A stretch of 64,000 nucleotides of DNA from Macrostomum lignano (Eukaryota), in the NCBI GenBank assembly GCA_002269645.1, contig NIVC01000001.1, positions 1,302,001 to 1,366,000 of the forward strand. The letters run 5' to 3'. Shown here one piece after another: positions 48,076-60,327 of this stretch. The notes under the pieces are model-generated. The model had not been told where the DNA came from and ran no database searches. It worked only from the letters and a program-made list of their open reading frames with translations. How positions within the stretch are numbered: the first letter of the stretch is position 1; the number at the start of each line of letters is the position of its first letter. The translations under genes were made by a program, and so were the position numbers.

Positions 48076-48666
48076 GCAGTCTTTACGAGAATGAGATCGC
48101 ACATCATGGCCTGGACGATACCATTTAACAAGTGTCTGGCAATAATTATCACAAATTAAAACGGTTTAGAACGCAGACAGCACGCAAACTAAGCGCATAA
48201 ATTAGTTGCTGCAACTTAAATTCTTAATGGGCATAAATACAGTCGCTAAGAGGTCAAAACTATTTAAAAAATGATTGCATAAAGTTAAAAAGTTTTATAA
48301 AAATAAAATTTGGAAAATTACATTGATTATTCTATAACTGATTGCACAGAGCCTGCAACTGCGCAGGTGGGCTTACATAACTCAGATGAGCCTAAAACAG
48401 CGAGGTTCTTACTGACTGATTAAACCAACGAAATAGTAGCTGAAAAAACAGCATTGCTAATTAATCTGGCGGGGTAGCGGCACTCGGGCAATGGAAGAGT
48501 TATCTACTATAAATATGATAAGAAAATCCTTCCGACAAACACCGGATCAAATGAAACGGGATGCGAAATAGAAAGAGGCTGCACTTTAAATAATAAAAGT
48601 AGAGCGATTCGGTTCCTGTGAGACCAGGTTAAACGGACTGAAACCGCTCTTGCTTAACGGCAGCGT

Positions 48667-49195
48667 GGCCCGCTGTACCCTCTATCGGTGTGGTCCTCCG
48701 GGTAGGGGCGGCCCGCTGTTCCCTCTATCGGTGTGGTCCTCCGGGTAGGGGCGGCCCGCTGTTCCCTCTATCGGTGTGGTCCTCCGGGTAGGGGCGGCCC
48801 GCTGTTCCCTCTATCGGTGTGGTCCTCCGGGTAGGGGCGGCCCGCTGTTCCCTCTATCGGTGTGGTCCTCCGGGTGGGGCGGCCCGCTGTTCCCTCTGTC
48901 GGTGTGGTCCTCCGGGTGGGGCGGCCCGCTGTTCCCTCTATCGGTGTGGACCTTTGGGTGGGGCGGCCCGCTGTTCCCTCTATCGGTGTGGTCCTCCGGG
49001 TGGGACGGCCCGAGGTACCCTCTATCGGTGTGGTCCTCCGGGTGGGGCGGCCCGAGGTACCCTCTATCGGTGTGGTCCTCCGGGTGGGGCGGCCCGAGGT
49101 ACCCTCTATCGGTGTGGTCCTCCGGGTGGGGCGGCCCGCTGTTCCCTCTATCGGTGTGGTCCTCCAGTGGGGCGGCCCGCTGTTCACTCTATCGC
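48667..49195. repeat. 42/43-bp GC-rich minisatellite (GGCCCGCTGTTCCCTCTATCGGTGTGGTCCTCCGGGTGGGGC)n
   Basis: About 12 copies just past the stop of the CaaX gene. Confidence 0.93.
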
Positions 49196-49277
49196 TATTT
49201 GCTTAACAGAATCCCCTAATAGAAAATGCTGTCTACGCAACAGGCTGTCCTAAGTTCCTGTCAGATAATTTGCAAAT

Positions 49278-50522
49278 TCACATAACCGTACAGCAGGCCT
49301 TCTTAGCACCGCTGGAGTCCTCTCTAGTACTGCTGCTTTTACTCTGCTTTTTAGCTGCCAGCTTCCTACTCTGGTGAGTCTTCTTGGCGTCGGCTACGCT
49401 GACCGCCTCGGCGATGTACGGCTCGGCCGCGTTCAGCGTGGCCGAGCAGACCTGAACTTCAACCATGTCAGCCGGAGCCGCAAACGGCGAGGCCAGACTG
49501 CTGCTGTCTAGCTGAGAACCTGGCCGCCGGCTACTGTCAGTAGGCAGCAGAGGGCTGTGACCGTTGGCTTTGCTAGCTGGCGAGGGCGCCGGTGCCGCCT
49601 CTTGGACTTCGCCAGCGTCCTCGTCCGCCTCGTCGTCGACAATGATGGCGGTGGTCACCTGGACAAGTGCATGCAGGCACGAGTGGAAGTTGATGAGAAA
49701 TTAAGCAGACTAAAAGTACATTAAAAAGTAACTGTTTGATAAAAACAACTAAAAATTTGCAGTGGCCAGCGCTGTGGACTGAAACACGTTTTCAGGTTTT
49801 TTAGTCAAATCGATCGGGGTCAAAGTTGGGGACAATGGATCGGGATGTAAAGAGGGGATTCACGGGATCGGAATCTAAGGGGGGAATTCAGGGGATCGGT
49901 ATCAAAGGAAGGGAGGGGATTCAGGGGATCAGGATCTTGGGAGGGGAATCTAGGGATCTGGATCTAAGGAGGAGAGTCAGGGGATTGGGATCTGAAGGAG
50001 GGGAATCAGGGGATCGGGATCTAAGGAGGGAGGGGATCGGGATCTAAGGAGAGGATCCTGTAAGCCTAATAAATATGCAGGTTTTAACTAAAAAAGCTTG
50101 GGACACAATTTGGGAAATTGCAGCCAAGTTTCCGCCAAAAGAAAGCTAGCTTGCCTGAAATTCTTTTCAGGAGTGATCAGAAATGTAATCATTACCTGGG
50201 TATCTGGCGAGACAATGCACACCGTGTCCTCATTGATTCGCACGTGACCCTTGGAGTTGCGCCTCGGCTGCTGCTCGACCTGATCCCCGGTTGGGGTGAG
50301 CGCACCCGACACACTATTATTGATGTCGGCGCCTCCGTCGACGCCCGAGTCGGCCAGAGTGGAGTCCGGCTTGTCGTTGGGCCCGCCAGCCAGTTGGATA
50401 GAATTGCGGGACACGTGCGAGCCGCGCAGAATGGAATCGGCCTCGCGGTCTAGCTGGCTTCCAGGCCGGAACGGATTGTCCCTATCGGATTCTTCCTCTT
50501 CCACTCTGGTTAGCTTGGTCAT
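49278..50522 (-). CDS. Uncharacterised ~235-aa disordered protein with a DNPFRPGSQLDREAD motif and C-terminal KKACCTVM (CaaX)
   Basis: Exons 50522-50196 and 49658-49278 join in phase 0 (GTAATG donor, gtccag acceptor). Basic patch plus CC plus CaaX before TGA. Additional 5' exons are possible. Confidence 0.75.
49830..50060. repeat. Degenerate GGGATC-rich tandem repeat in the CaaX-gene intron
   Basis: Recurring GGGGATC/GGATCTAAGG motifs. Confidence 0.75.
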
Positions 50523-50772
50523 TGCTGCTGGTTGCTATGGCAACTGCTGAAGTGTAGATAAGCTAAAAAACTTTATACTGATGCACTGCCCAGCATAGAT
50601 GGTCATTGCTACTGGTTGCTATGGCAACTGCTGAAGTGTAGATAAGCTAAACAACTTTATACTGATGCACTGCCCAGCATAGATGGTCATTGCTGCTAGT
50701 TGCTATGGCAACTGCTGAAGTGTAGATAAGCTAAACAACTTTATACTGATGCACTGCCCAGCATAGATGGCC
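50517..50772 (-). repeat. 84-bp triplication covering the putative acceptor and start codon of the CaaX gene
   Basis: GGTCATTG at 50517, 50601 and 50685; GGCCATT at 50769. Confidence 0.9.
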
Positions 50773-50824
50773 ATTAAAATAAATACGGTCAGCATCTTGC
50801 GCCCAGCATAAGAGTAGGGATTGA

Positions 50825-50945
50825 AGCTGGGCGTTAGAGAGGTTAGTGTCGGAATCACGACTTGAAGGTCGGCGGTTCGAGTCCTGATCCCAATGGAACA
50901 AATTGTAGCCTTGAGCATTGTAGCAAGACAGCTTCCTAAGTGCCC
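50825..50945 (+). mobile_element. Truncated or degenerate tRNA-derived SINE head
   Basis: B box GGTTCGAGTCC at 50874-50884 followed by CCTTGAGCA...GCAAGACA (start of a CORE-like segment); A box degenerate. Confidence 0.5.
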
Positions 50946-52910
50946 ACAAGTCTTGCTTACTGGCATCAACTTTGCTAAAGTTATTTTACAAAATCTTCGA
51001 AAAAATAGTAGATCTTTTTGTTATAAAAGTTACAAATCGAGTGTAGTTTCATGACTTAATTCTCACATCGTCAAAAAGTTTTTAGCCTCTGATGAGCCTT
51101 TTACAGTGGAAAATCTATCTCTAGTTTTTGTGTCTCGTGAAGCAAACTAGGCTATACTAGAACCACTTTGTGAATTTCACTCGTACTTCTATTACTTTAT
51201 GCCAAAGGCTAACAATGTTTCAGAGGCCATATAGAAGATTGGAATAAAAAACTCAAAAGCCTTCGGGACAGCGCGGCATGAGACCACAAAAATATGGGGT
51301 GATGGTGGCGCCACCGCTGAGAATAGCTGAATATGTTGAATAGTGAACGATGTGCGGCCAGTGGTCACTGGCCAGCTAAGCTGCACCGTAGCTGCCTCGC
51401 TGCACACATCAATTAACAAGACAAATGCATTCGGTGGGGTATTTTCTCTCATTCTTTATTGCATTTGTCCGTCTGTATGCGACTGAGCAGCTAAACTGCA
51501 GCCTCCATTGTTCGCTCTAAAACCTTAACTGTTAACTGACCTTTGCTAAGGCAGTCGTATATGGTTCAATAATACTTAGAGAAAATTGCTTAGTGGTGGC
51601 ACAAGCGAACAATAAAGGGTTCGGGATATAAGAGAAGAGCGACATAATTTGGTTTACTAGTAGGCACACACAGCAGATATAGATATGAATAAATATGCAA
51701 AAGAGGTGACACTATTGAGTTGCATTATGGTAGGGTGGGTAGTATTATCAATTATTTTTTCTTTAAAACCAACAGAATGAAAAGAAAATTCATACTTTCA
51801 GTTAAACTACTCTAAGTAATAAACGAAAATACCAATTAAAAAGAGTGATTATTTAATATTTATTCTTTTCTTGAGAATAAGCTTTTTGAATTAATTGTTT
51901 TTATCGAGTTTTGCTAACAGCAAAAATAATGAGTGCCTCAGCCATCAATACTACCATGTTAAAATGACGAAAATTAAAAGAAATAGACTTGCTAATAAAG
52001 TGACTATAATTAGTAAATAAAATCTATTACTATTTATAAATTATGATATAATAATAAACATATAATCCAACAGAAGCTTTGTTAATCAATTGTTTTCATT
52101 ACTTTTAAACTATCAATCATACTACATATGTAGTTGGAACAAATCTAATAAAACTGCAAGACAAATTGCTTATTTTTCATAGGCCAATATTTGCATTGAG
52201 TGACCCAAAGAGAAAATGATTATATGGTACATAACTACTATTAGGGCCCTTCAAAATATAGCCCTACTTTGACCAAAGGATGGTTTTCTAGCTAGTAATG
52301 CAATTCTGAAATTGTTTGGTATATTAGTGCATCAAAGCTTATATATATAACCAAAAGAAAAGGCTAGCTTTTCATACATTTTAATATGTTTTAAATTAGA
52401 TTTAGTCCAGTATATTTATAGCCAAAAACAAGAGGATACTATATTATATTCTAGAATAGGAATTTTGAAAACAATTTAAATGCTATATCTATGTCTTAAC
52501 CTTATCACTAACCCTATATAAAAAATCACCATTACCATAGCCCTATATTAACTGAAATAGCAAGATTGGCCAAATATAACTTTAATCAATAGACACTACT
52601 ATTATGCATCAAATATTCTAAGGACTCAGTGTATTTATCATAATCTTCCATAGAAAAAAGCCACCTTGAGTTTTAGGCCTAAAGCAGGATTTTGTTTTTT
52701 GTATATAGGATTAGGTCTATGGATTTATTGGAATATTTTATAGTTTTATAGCTTTAAATTTTGAAATTATATGCTAGGGTTTTATTTTTGTCTTTATAAT
52801 TATCTCACTGATGCTACCAAACTGTGTTGGGTCTCAATATATACATTTATTTCTAAGAATCAACTGTAAGATGCATTTTAATACATTTCTGATAGCATTA
52901 CCAATTATTC

Positions 52911-54229
52911 TGTAAGGAATACTCTAAAAGTTTTGCAATTCAACCACTTGCACAAGTTGCATAATCTTCAAAATCTACCCTCTGTATATTAAACATGTAC
53001 ATAGTAATTACATCTATTTTCAAGTAAATTCATATATATATACCTACAAAGCCCCTAGTCAAAGTCAGTGACTTCTTGACTATGCAGCTATAGCTATGGA
53101 ATTGAATCCTGAGCAGAATCAGATATACTGATTTGGTATTGCCACAAGCAAAAACTCACAATGCTTGAGACTTATGCCAAGTTACTAACAACATTGGAGG
53201 CTTAAGCACCATCATATGCTATAGTTACACACTGGTACTCCAAGTTCCAGACTGGCAAGACCAGCTTTTCTAACAATCCTTGGCCCAGGAGACCTCTGAC
53301 AGCAGTGAGGGAGGAAATCATTGCTTTAGAGCAGGAGCTGATCCATCAAGATTGATGAATCACCATAGACATGTTAGCTACAAATGTTGGCATTGGATCA
53401 GCAGTGGTCAATACAATTCTATACAATCACCTGAGAGTTAAGAAGCTTTGTGCCTGATAGATACCCCACTTCTTGACAGATGCTCAGAAATAGGCCCATA
53501 TGAAATTCTGCCAGTTTCTGATTGATCAATATGAAAATGGGAGTTATAAGTGCCATTCTGAAGTTATCACTGGCGATGAGACATTTCTGTATCATTTTGA
53601 CATTGAAAGATGCAGCAAAATGCAGCAATATAGAATGGATACTTGAAGGTGGGCAACAACCCTAAAGGCAAGGTAAGGTGGTCTTAGTCCCAAGGCAAGT
53701 GGATATTTGCCATCGTCTTTAACTCATAAGACATAGTAGCAATGGTGAAACTAGAGGGTCAAGCTACTGTCACTACTCAATGGTACACTAAAGAATGCTT
53801 GCCAGTTGTGATTGATAGCCTAACCTAGAGGGCACCAAGGATGGGAATGAAAGAGTGGAAGCTTCACCATGACAATTCCCTTGCTTACATGGCTGCTGCA
53901 ACTTGAGTATTCCTGGATCAAGAGGGCATTGCAATGCTACCACACTCATCTTATCTACCAGACCTTGCCCCTGTGACTTTTGGCTCTTTCTGAAATCAAA
54001 AATTTGCTTAGGGGTGCAAGTTTCAGTCTAAGGAGCTGGAATAGGCAGCAAAGGACATGATTGATAGCATCCTAATTGAATAGTTCCAGGGTCTCATGAA
54101 CAAGTGGATTGGATAAGTGCACAAATGTTTGCTGTTCTAAGGAGCTTATTTTGAAGGACTATAACAGAGAAATTTGACAGAAATAACTTTAACTAGTCAA
54201 ATTGCAAAACTTTTGGAGTATCTCTTATA
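52911..54229 (+). mobile_element. Heavily decayed mariner (DD34D) transposon, about 1.32 kb
   Basis: 29-bp TIR remnants TGTAAGGAATACTCTAAAAGTTTTGCAAT (52911-52939) and, reverse-complemented, TATAAGAGATACTCCAAAAGTTTTGCAAT (54201-54229), enclosing transposase remnants. Confidence 0.85.
53095..54163 (+). pseudogene. Mariner transposase pseudogene with many stop codons
   Basis: Remnants KKLCA**IPHFLT (normally CARWVPH), VITGDETFLYHFD, LHHDN, HSSYLPDLAPCDFWLF and GAYFEGL*. Confidence 0.85.
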
Positions 54230-55519
54230 GTAGCATTCTAATGTATTATAGCCTGAGTGGTCCCACTGTCATTTATTCAAAAAGATTGTACTAGCTTACA
54301 ATCTGGGCATTACACCATGGCTCTACTCTTTATTTTCCCACTTGCTTTCATTGCAAATCACTTCAAGCCTTTTTTAGACTTCTCTGCTTAAATAAGTAAC
54401 AATTGTTCTACTTTTTAAGTATATATAGATTGAATTATTTAAGCTTACAAAACAAGTCAGTTTATTTGTTATTAACTTGCTCCTATATATAATCATTTTC
54501 CTATGTTTTTTAAATTTCAAATTTCAAATTTCAAATTATTTGTATTGTAAAATAAATAGGGAACTTAGACCTAGTTTTGGTGTTTTGTAAAAATTCAACA
54601 ATCCAACAAAATTCAATTCAATAATATAAATAAAATATCAGTGCCATCTTAACTGTTTATGGGACATATATACTAATACTAATCCTATACTTTGATACTA
54701 ATAGTTTAATTGCACATTAAAGAAGGTATCCATACTTTTCAATATCTGCTTTTTGGTAACCTAGTATTTTGGTACCTTAGTTTGCTTGTTGTTGTTAGTG
54801 CTTAAATCTATATACTAATCTGAAACATTTCTTTTATAATCTAGAATTAGATATAAAAATCAAAAGAAAGCCCTGATCTTACAATAAATCCTTTGTAGTA
54901 TTTTTACCTTAAATAACTAAATAGTAGTCTTGTTGAGCTGATATGCTTTATAAATTTGAAAATTATTTTACTTTATTTAATTTTTAAATAAATTTTGGTA
55001 CAAAAATGTATTTTTATTACTTTTATATTTATATATTTATTTTTTGTTTCCATTTTTGTGATAACTTTAAATAAGAATTATATTTATATGAATTTAAATT
55101 TAGATTGTTGAATAGGCACTTTTGATAATTTTATAATCTCATCTTTTAGTAGTTTTTTATACTAAAATAGGCCATAAGAAATCAATACTAAATTATTTGT
55201 CACATTTATAATTTTGATTAGAATTACATTTAGCATCAGTGATTAATATATTTTATCTTGACCTAAGTCTTCCTAGCACATGCTTGATATAGCCTTGTAT
55301 ACAGCTTATGTAATTTAATTAAACAATATTTTGTTAAAATTAAAAAAGCATCTAGCAGTTTAACAAAATGAATATATTGCTTTTGTTTTAATCCAATCTA
55401 TTATTGTCCCTATCCTTTAGTATCCTTTAGGCCTAGTTATAATATAGTTATAGGCCTAAAATAACATACTTATATAGATAAAAAATAAAATTTAAGCACT
55501 TTATTTAAAGAAAAATATT

Positions 55520-56272
55520 GTGCTAGGGGTAACTTCTGTCCCTACAAATGATTCCCCAGCTGTCACTAAAGTTGTCAAAGGGCTAAACTCCTGTTTTTAT
55601 AAATGTTGGTAGCTGCTACCAAGATTATCCTATTAATAAATTATGAGTTTATCAATCTTAGAATAATCCAAGAAATGTTTCTTAAAATTGATCTAAATAT
55701 TAATATTTTAGCCTGAGTATTTAGTCTGAGTATTTAGTATGAGTATTTATCTGAGTATATTGTTCTTAGAATATTATTTAGCCCTTACAATTGTTGTCGT
55801 TCTCCTGTTATTCCGGTAGCATTTACTATTGTTCTGGTAGCGTTTATTATTATTCTGGCCTGAGTGGTCTATTGGCTATACTAGTATATGTATTTCATGT
55901 ACTTTGCAAGTCCTTGGGCATTACCAAGATCAGAGGGTCACAGCCTCTGGTTATTCTTACATGTATCACTTCAGATCTACTTCGTATTCTCTACTACTCA
56001 ATACTGCTGCTTCTTAATAGTATGTACTGTATACACTTCAGTCTATTTCACTCTTACTTTGTAAAAGGAATTAACACTTCTTCAATTCTTATTTTCTCGG
56101 AACTCTTACTATTCGCTATCAATCACTTATTGCGGAACTGCGATGCGCGAGGTTGGTTCTCCCTTCGCTGAATTTGCTTCTATTTATATTATAATTTTTA
56201 TACGTTTTTAACAAAAATTCGTTAGCGTGAAATATTATAGAAAATACAAGTATTAAAACAAAAATTGCGTCT
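55520..56272. repeat. Copy A of an unclassified interspersed repeat (diverged copy at about 59400-60040)
   Basis: Shared blocks in the same order and orientation: TAGGGGTAACTTCTGTCCCTACAAATGAT, GGCCTGAGTGGTCT, GATCAGAGGGTCACAGC, CTATTTATA(T/G)TATAATTTTT. Confidence 0.65.
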
Positions 56273-56274
56273 TA

Positions 56275-57597
56275 CGAGGGGTGATCAAAAAGTTCTGCAA
56301 GTGACCTCACAACTCAATGTTACAGCAACCACGGCGTCTAATCAGTTGTCACATTCCCTCAAAGTACTTTCCACCACTATCTATGCACCATCGCAATGCG
56401 TATGCACCATGTCTGAAAGCAGTCATGGTACTCCGAAGTTGGTATACCCTGTAGAGCTGAATTTACCGCTTGGGCAAGGTCTTGTATGTGTGAAAACGGC
56501 CTCCCAGAAATGATGGATTCGAACCTCGGGAACAGCCAAAAGTCGCATGATGCTAGGTCTGGAGAGTAGGGTGGATGGGGCAGCAGCTGGACCCCCTGCT
56601 GCTCCAGGTACGCCATGGTTGAGGCCGCTCTGTGCGGTGCCGCATTGTCATGGTGCAGCAGGAGTCGAGGTCCATGCCTGGTTCGCGCACGTTCCCGCCG
56701 CTCCTGCAGCACGCCTGGCAGAACAGTGTCTGTGTAGTACCTGGCAGTCACTGTGGCACCCGCTGGAAGGATGTTTACCGATACAACACCCTGAGAGTTG
56801 AAAAAAATGGTGAATATCCGCTTCCGACTGCGGAATCCGGTCTTCAGCACCTTGGGCCTCGGGCTCATCTTCTGCAGGCCAGACCATGTTGGACTGCTTA
56901 TCCTTCATGGTAAAAGAAGGAGATCCAACATTTGTCTCCTGTGATGACATCCGACAGTCGTCGTGGGCCGTGGGGCTCAAACATTTGCACCCACAAGAGA
57001 CAGATGCGCACCCTCTCTGCTTGCTGCTCCGGAGTGAAGAAGATGGGGTACCCACCAAGCGCAGGTCTTTGTGCGGCCCAGTTGCTCATGCATGATGTTA
57101 TGAGCACTTCCATAGCTGACACCAAGCTCATAGGCAAGGAATCTTAGCGTAATGCTCCGATCCTCACGAATTATTGCATCGGCATGGGCCACGACATCTT
57201 CGGTCACGGATGTCCGGGGTCGGCCAGACCTCGGTTCATAGTTGAAGCTGTCCCAGCCTTCCAAGAAATGGCGCAGCCAGCGGGAAACCGTGTCAAATGA
57301 TGAAGCAGAGTCAGCTAAAACATTCACCGGATCGGTATGAATCTCAGTCACTTTGCAACCAAGTTGCATGCACATAAAGATATAGAAGCGAACACTGTCT
57401 TTTGATGTTTCCATCAGCTACTGAAAACACATGGAAAATATATGGCTGTGAAATTTGACTGGAGCACATTAGGAAGCCAAAAATGCATATAAATATAGCA
57501 AACAGATATAGCCGCATAGGTGTAAGTTTTTGGCTTTTTCCGATCCTATAACTAAAAGCTATAACAAAAGGTTGCAGAACTTTTTAATCACCCCTCG
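56275..57597 (-). mobile_element. Full-length mariner element (1323 bp) with 26-bp TIRs and TA TSD
   Basis: TA|CGAGGGGTGATCAAAAAGTTCTGCAA ... TTGCAGAACTTTTTAATCACCCCTCG|TA; 1 mismatch between the TIRs. Confidence 0.95.
56349..57414 (-). pseudogene. Mariner DD34D transposase, frameshifted at least 4 times
   Basis: Motifs RSGRPRT, CAWWVPHLL, VITGD, LLHHDNAAPH, HPPYSPDLASCDFWLFP and GGKYFE are spread over different frames. Confidence 0.92.
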
Positions 57598-59078
57598 TAG
57601 TTTTGGCATGAATTCAAATTGACTAAATGGTGACTATTTTATAAAAAAATCAGGAGGGGCCCTGTACAATATTATTAATAAACATTAGTAAAAATGGGGG
57701 CAAGTACCATTGATGTTCTTCCTTACCTTAAAAGTAGGAGCCATGACCCCCTTGCCCCCTTCTCATTTTAATGCATATAGAGAAAGTGGCTATCCCCTCC
57801 TTTTTGTGGCTAGCAATGATGGCACCCTTTTCCTCTGCCCTAAAAAAGGTCCTCACTGCCCTTTGTAGTTTGCTCAATATAATGCCTTTGAGGATGCCGT
57901 CTAGTGTAATTTAGTACCCCTTGTATATTATGACAAATCCTCTAATATATATTATAGCATTTCTCTAATGTACAAACTATTTTAATGAGGCCCCTACTCA
58001 TTGTCAAAATCTATCCCTTTATTTTATAATTATAAATGCCTTTGGATTGCATATATATATTATATGATTAAGGGCCTAGGCCTATTATATATTAGGATAA
58101 TCATATAGAGGACCATTATATGAGGCATCAACTTAGGAGTCAAGACAAAAACTTTTAGCAACCTGCTATTAAAAATTGACTTTTGCTTTTGGAAAATTAT
58201 TTTGGCCTATTCTAAGATAGAATTCTTATATTTAGCATGTCCAATGGAATTATGTAATTTTTATCATGCACAAAATTTTTACTTGTTCCAATTTATGACT
58301 TTTGGAATAAGGGTTGGACAAAATTACATTTTTAGATTTTTGAGACTCAAGTTCTATACTTTTAAGATATTCAAGATTTGATAGAGATTCAAGATTAAGC
58401 TTTTATAGTATCTAGTAGAGCTACAAGTATTTGTACTATTTTATCTATCCTTGTCAATATTACTAATTGTTAAATGTCTATAATACTAATAATAGTATTA
58501 TTTATAATGTATATTTTTATTTATTTTATTTATTTATAATATAAAAAAATAATTATATATTATACAGTATTGAGCTTATTAGTAACTCAATATATATCAA
58601 ATATAAATATGATAATATCATAGTCTCCTCCTAGTCTCTAATAGGCAAAATTAACAATTAACTATTAACAATTTTTTGTTTGTGTATGACCTTAGATTTC
58701 AGAATACATGCAAAAGTAGTTTCGGGTATTGGAATTCCCAGGTTCAAAATCCGCGGGTTTCAACAGCTTGTATTGTCATAAAACAAGCCAAAATTTATAT
58801 TTATATTCTGTCGTAGGCCCTATATAGACATCCTTTCATACTATGGAAAATAAAGAAAATCGTACATGCAATACATATACCAGTAGACCCTAAACTATTC
58901 AGGCCAGAAAAATAGCAAGAATGCTATTAGAATAATAATAAGAATGCTAAAGCTTATCTATGAGAATTTAATACTTAGAATTTAATATTTAATAATTTAA
59001 TAATTTAATTTAATTTAATTTAGAATAATCTATAGACCAATAGCCTACTCAGACCTAGGGGCCTATGCTTAGTGTAGA

Positions 59079-60327
59079 CCAGGATGGAATTCTTGCACGA
59101 AAATTGCAATGCATTTTTGCGTTTCAGAAAAAAATTGCAAAAAATTGCGCAATGAAAAAAAATTGCGCACCTGTACAAGCTACAAAAAATGCAGCAAAAA
59201 GTGCCAATTATCTTGCGACTGTTTGCACAGTTTAAATTACTGATTTTACAGTATTAAATATAGAATTACTACAAAAACATAACATTTTATAGTTTGTTAT
59301 TTACGAACTGTTCAAATTTAAATTTTTTACTTAAAAAACAAAGATAATCAGTGTGTCATAGGGCTCCGTCTCTCTATACAATTTCAACCGCTGACACCAA
59401 AGTTGTCGTAGGGGTAACTTCTGTCCCTACAAATGATTTCACCGCTGTCACTAAAGTTGTTACAGGTGTGATTCTTTTTACTGTTCTTACTGTTTACTTA
59501 CTGGTAGCGCATGTACTTTTTACTGGTAGCGTCTGTACTTCTATTGTACTTTTGGGCCTGAGTGGTCTTTTTAAGCACTGTCTATCCTATTCCTTAAAGA
59601 TTCAGTCCTGGGCGTTCCCGGGATCAGAGGGTCACAGCGCACTTCGCTGGGTATTCTGCCCTGAGGCGGGTTTCTCAGACTCTAAGCCTGGATTTCTCCA
59701 CCCTGTGGTAGGATTTCTGCCTCCTAAAGGCGGGTTACTAGACTCCTAAGTCTAGGATTTCTCGTTCTTTGAGAACGGACTGGACCCCAATTTTCTAGGG
59801 CAACTCCTAACTACTATCTACTACTCGAAATAAGTAACACGAGCAAATATAAGCTCAAGGCTGATAGAATTTCTTCTCAACTGAGAATTGCTTATTGTTC
59901 AATGAGGAACAGACAAGAGCAAGTTGGTTTGCTAGGCTCTCAAATGGCCTCTATTTATAGTATAATTTTTCCCGTCATTTCAAACAAAAAATAATATAAA
60001 GAATATAGAAAATATACAAAGTATACAAAATATTCGTGTAGTAAAACAAAATAATAGCTTTTTTTGAATTTATACCTTTTCTAAGAAATGTAAACTACTA
60101 AAAGAAGAAGGCCTATTACAAGTGTTCTATTTATTGTAACAAGTTGTCTAAAAATGAGAATATGAGACTATTGCAAAACATTATTTTGACAATTGGTAAT
60201 GCCAAAAGTTGTGCCACTAAATTTTGTTTAAGATTGTAAAATTGTGTTTGGTTCAATATGGAATTGCGCGCCAAAAAAAAGTCGCAATTTTCCATTTTAT
60301 ATACCAGATGCAAGAATTCCATGCTGG
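59079..60327. mobile_element. Non-autonomous hAT-like element (1249 bp), 19-bp TIRs, 8-bp TSD
   Basis: TIRs CCAGGATGGAATTCTTGCA and (reverse complement) CCAGCATGGAATTCTTGCA; flanks AGTGTAGA (59071-59078) and AGTATAGA (60328-60335). Confidence 0.8.

Noticed and set aside
55520-60040. The two homologous blocks as paired LTRs of one element
   Set aside because: They are too diverged, one is enclosed by separate hAT-like TIRs, and no PBS, PPT or pol lies between them.
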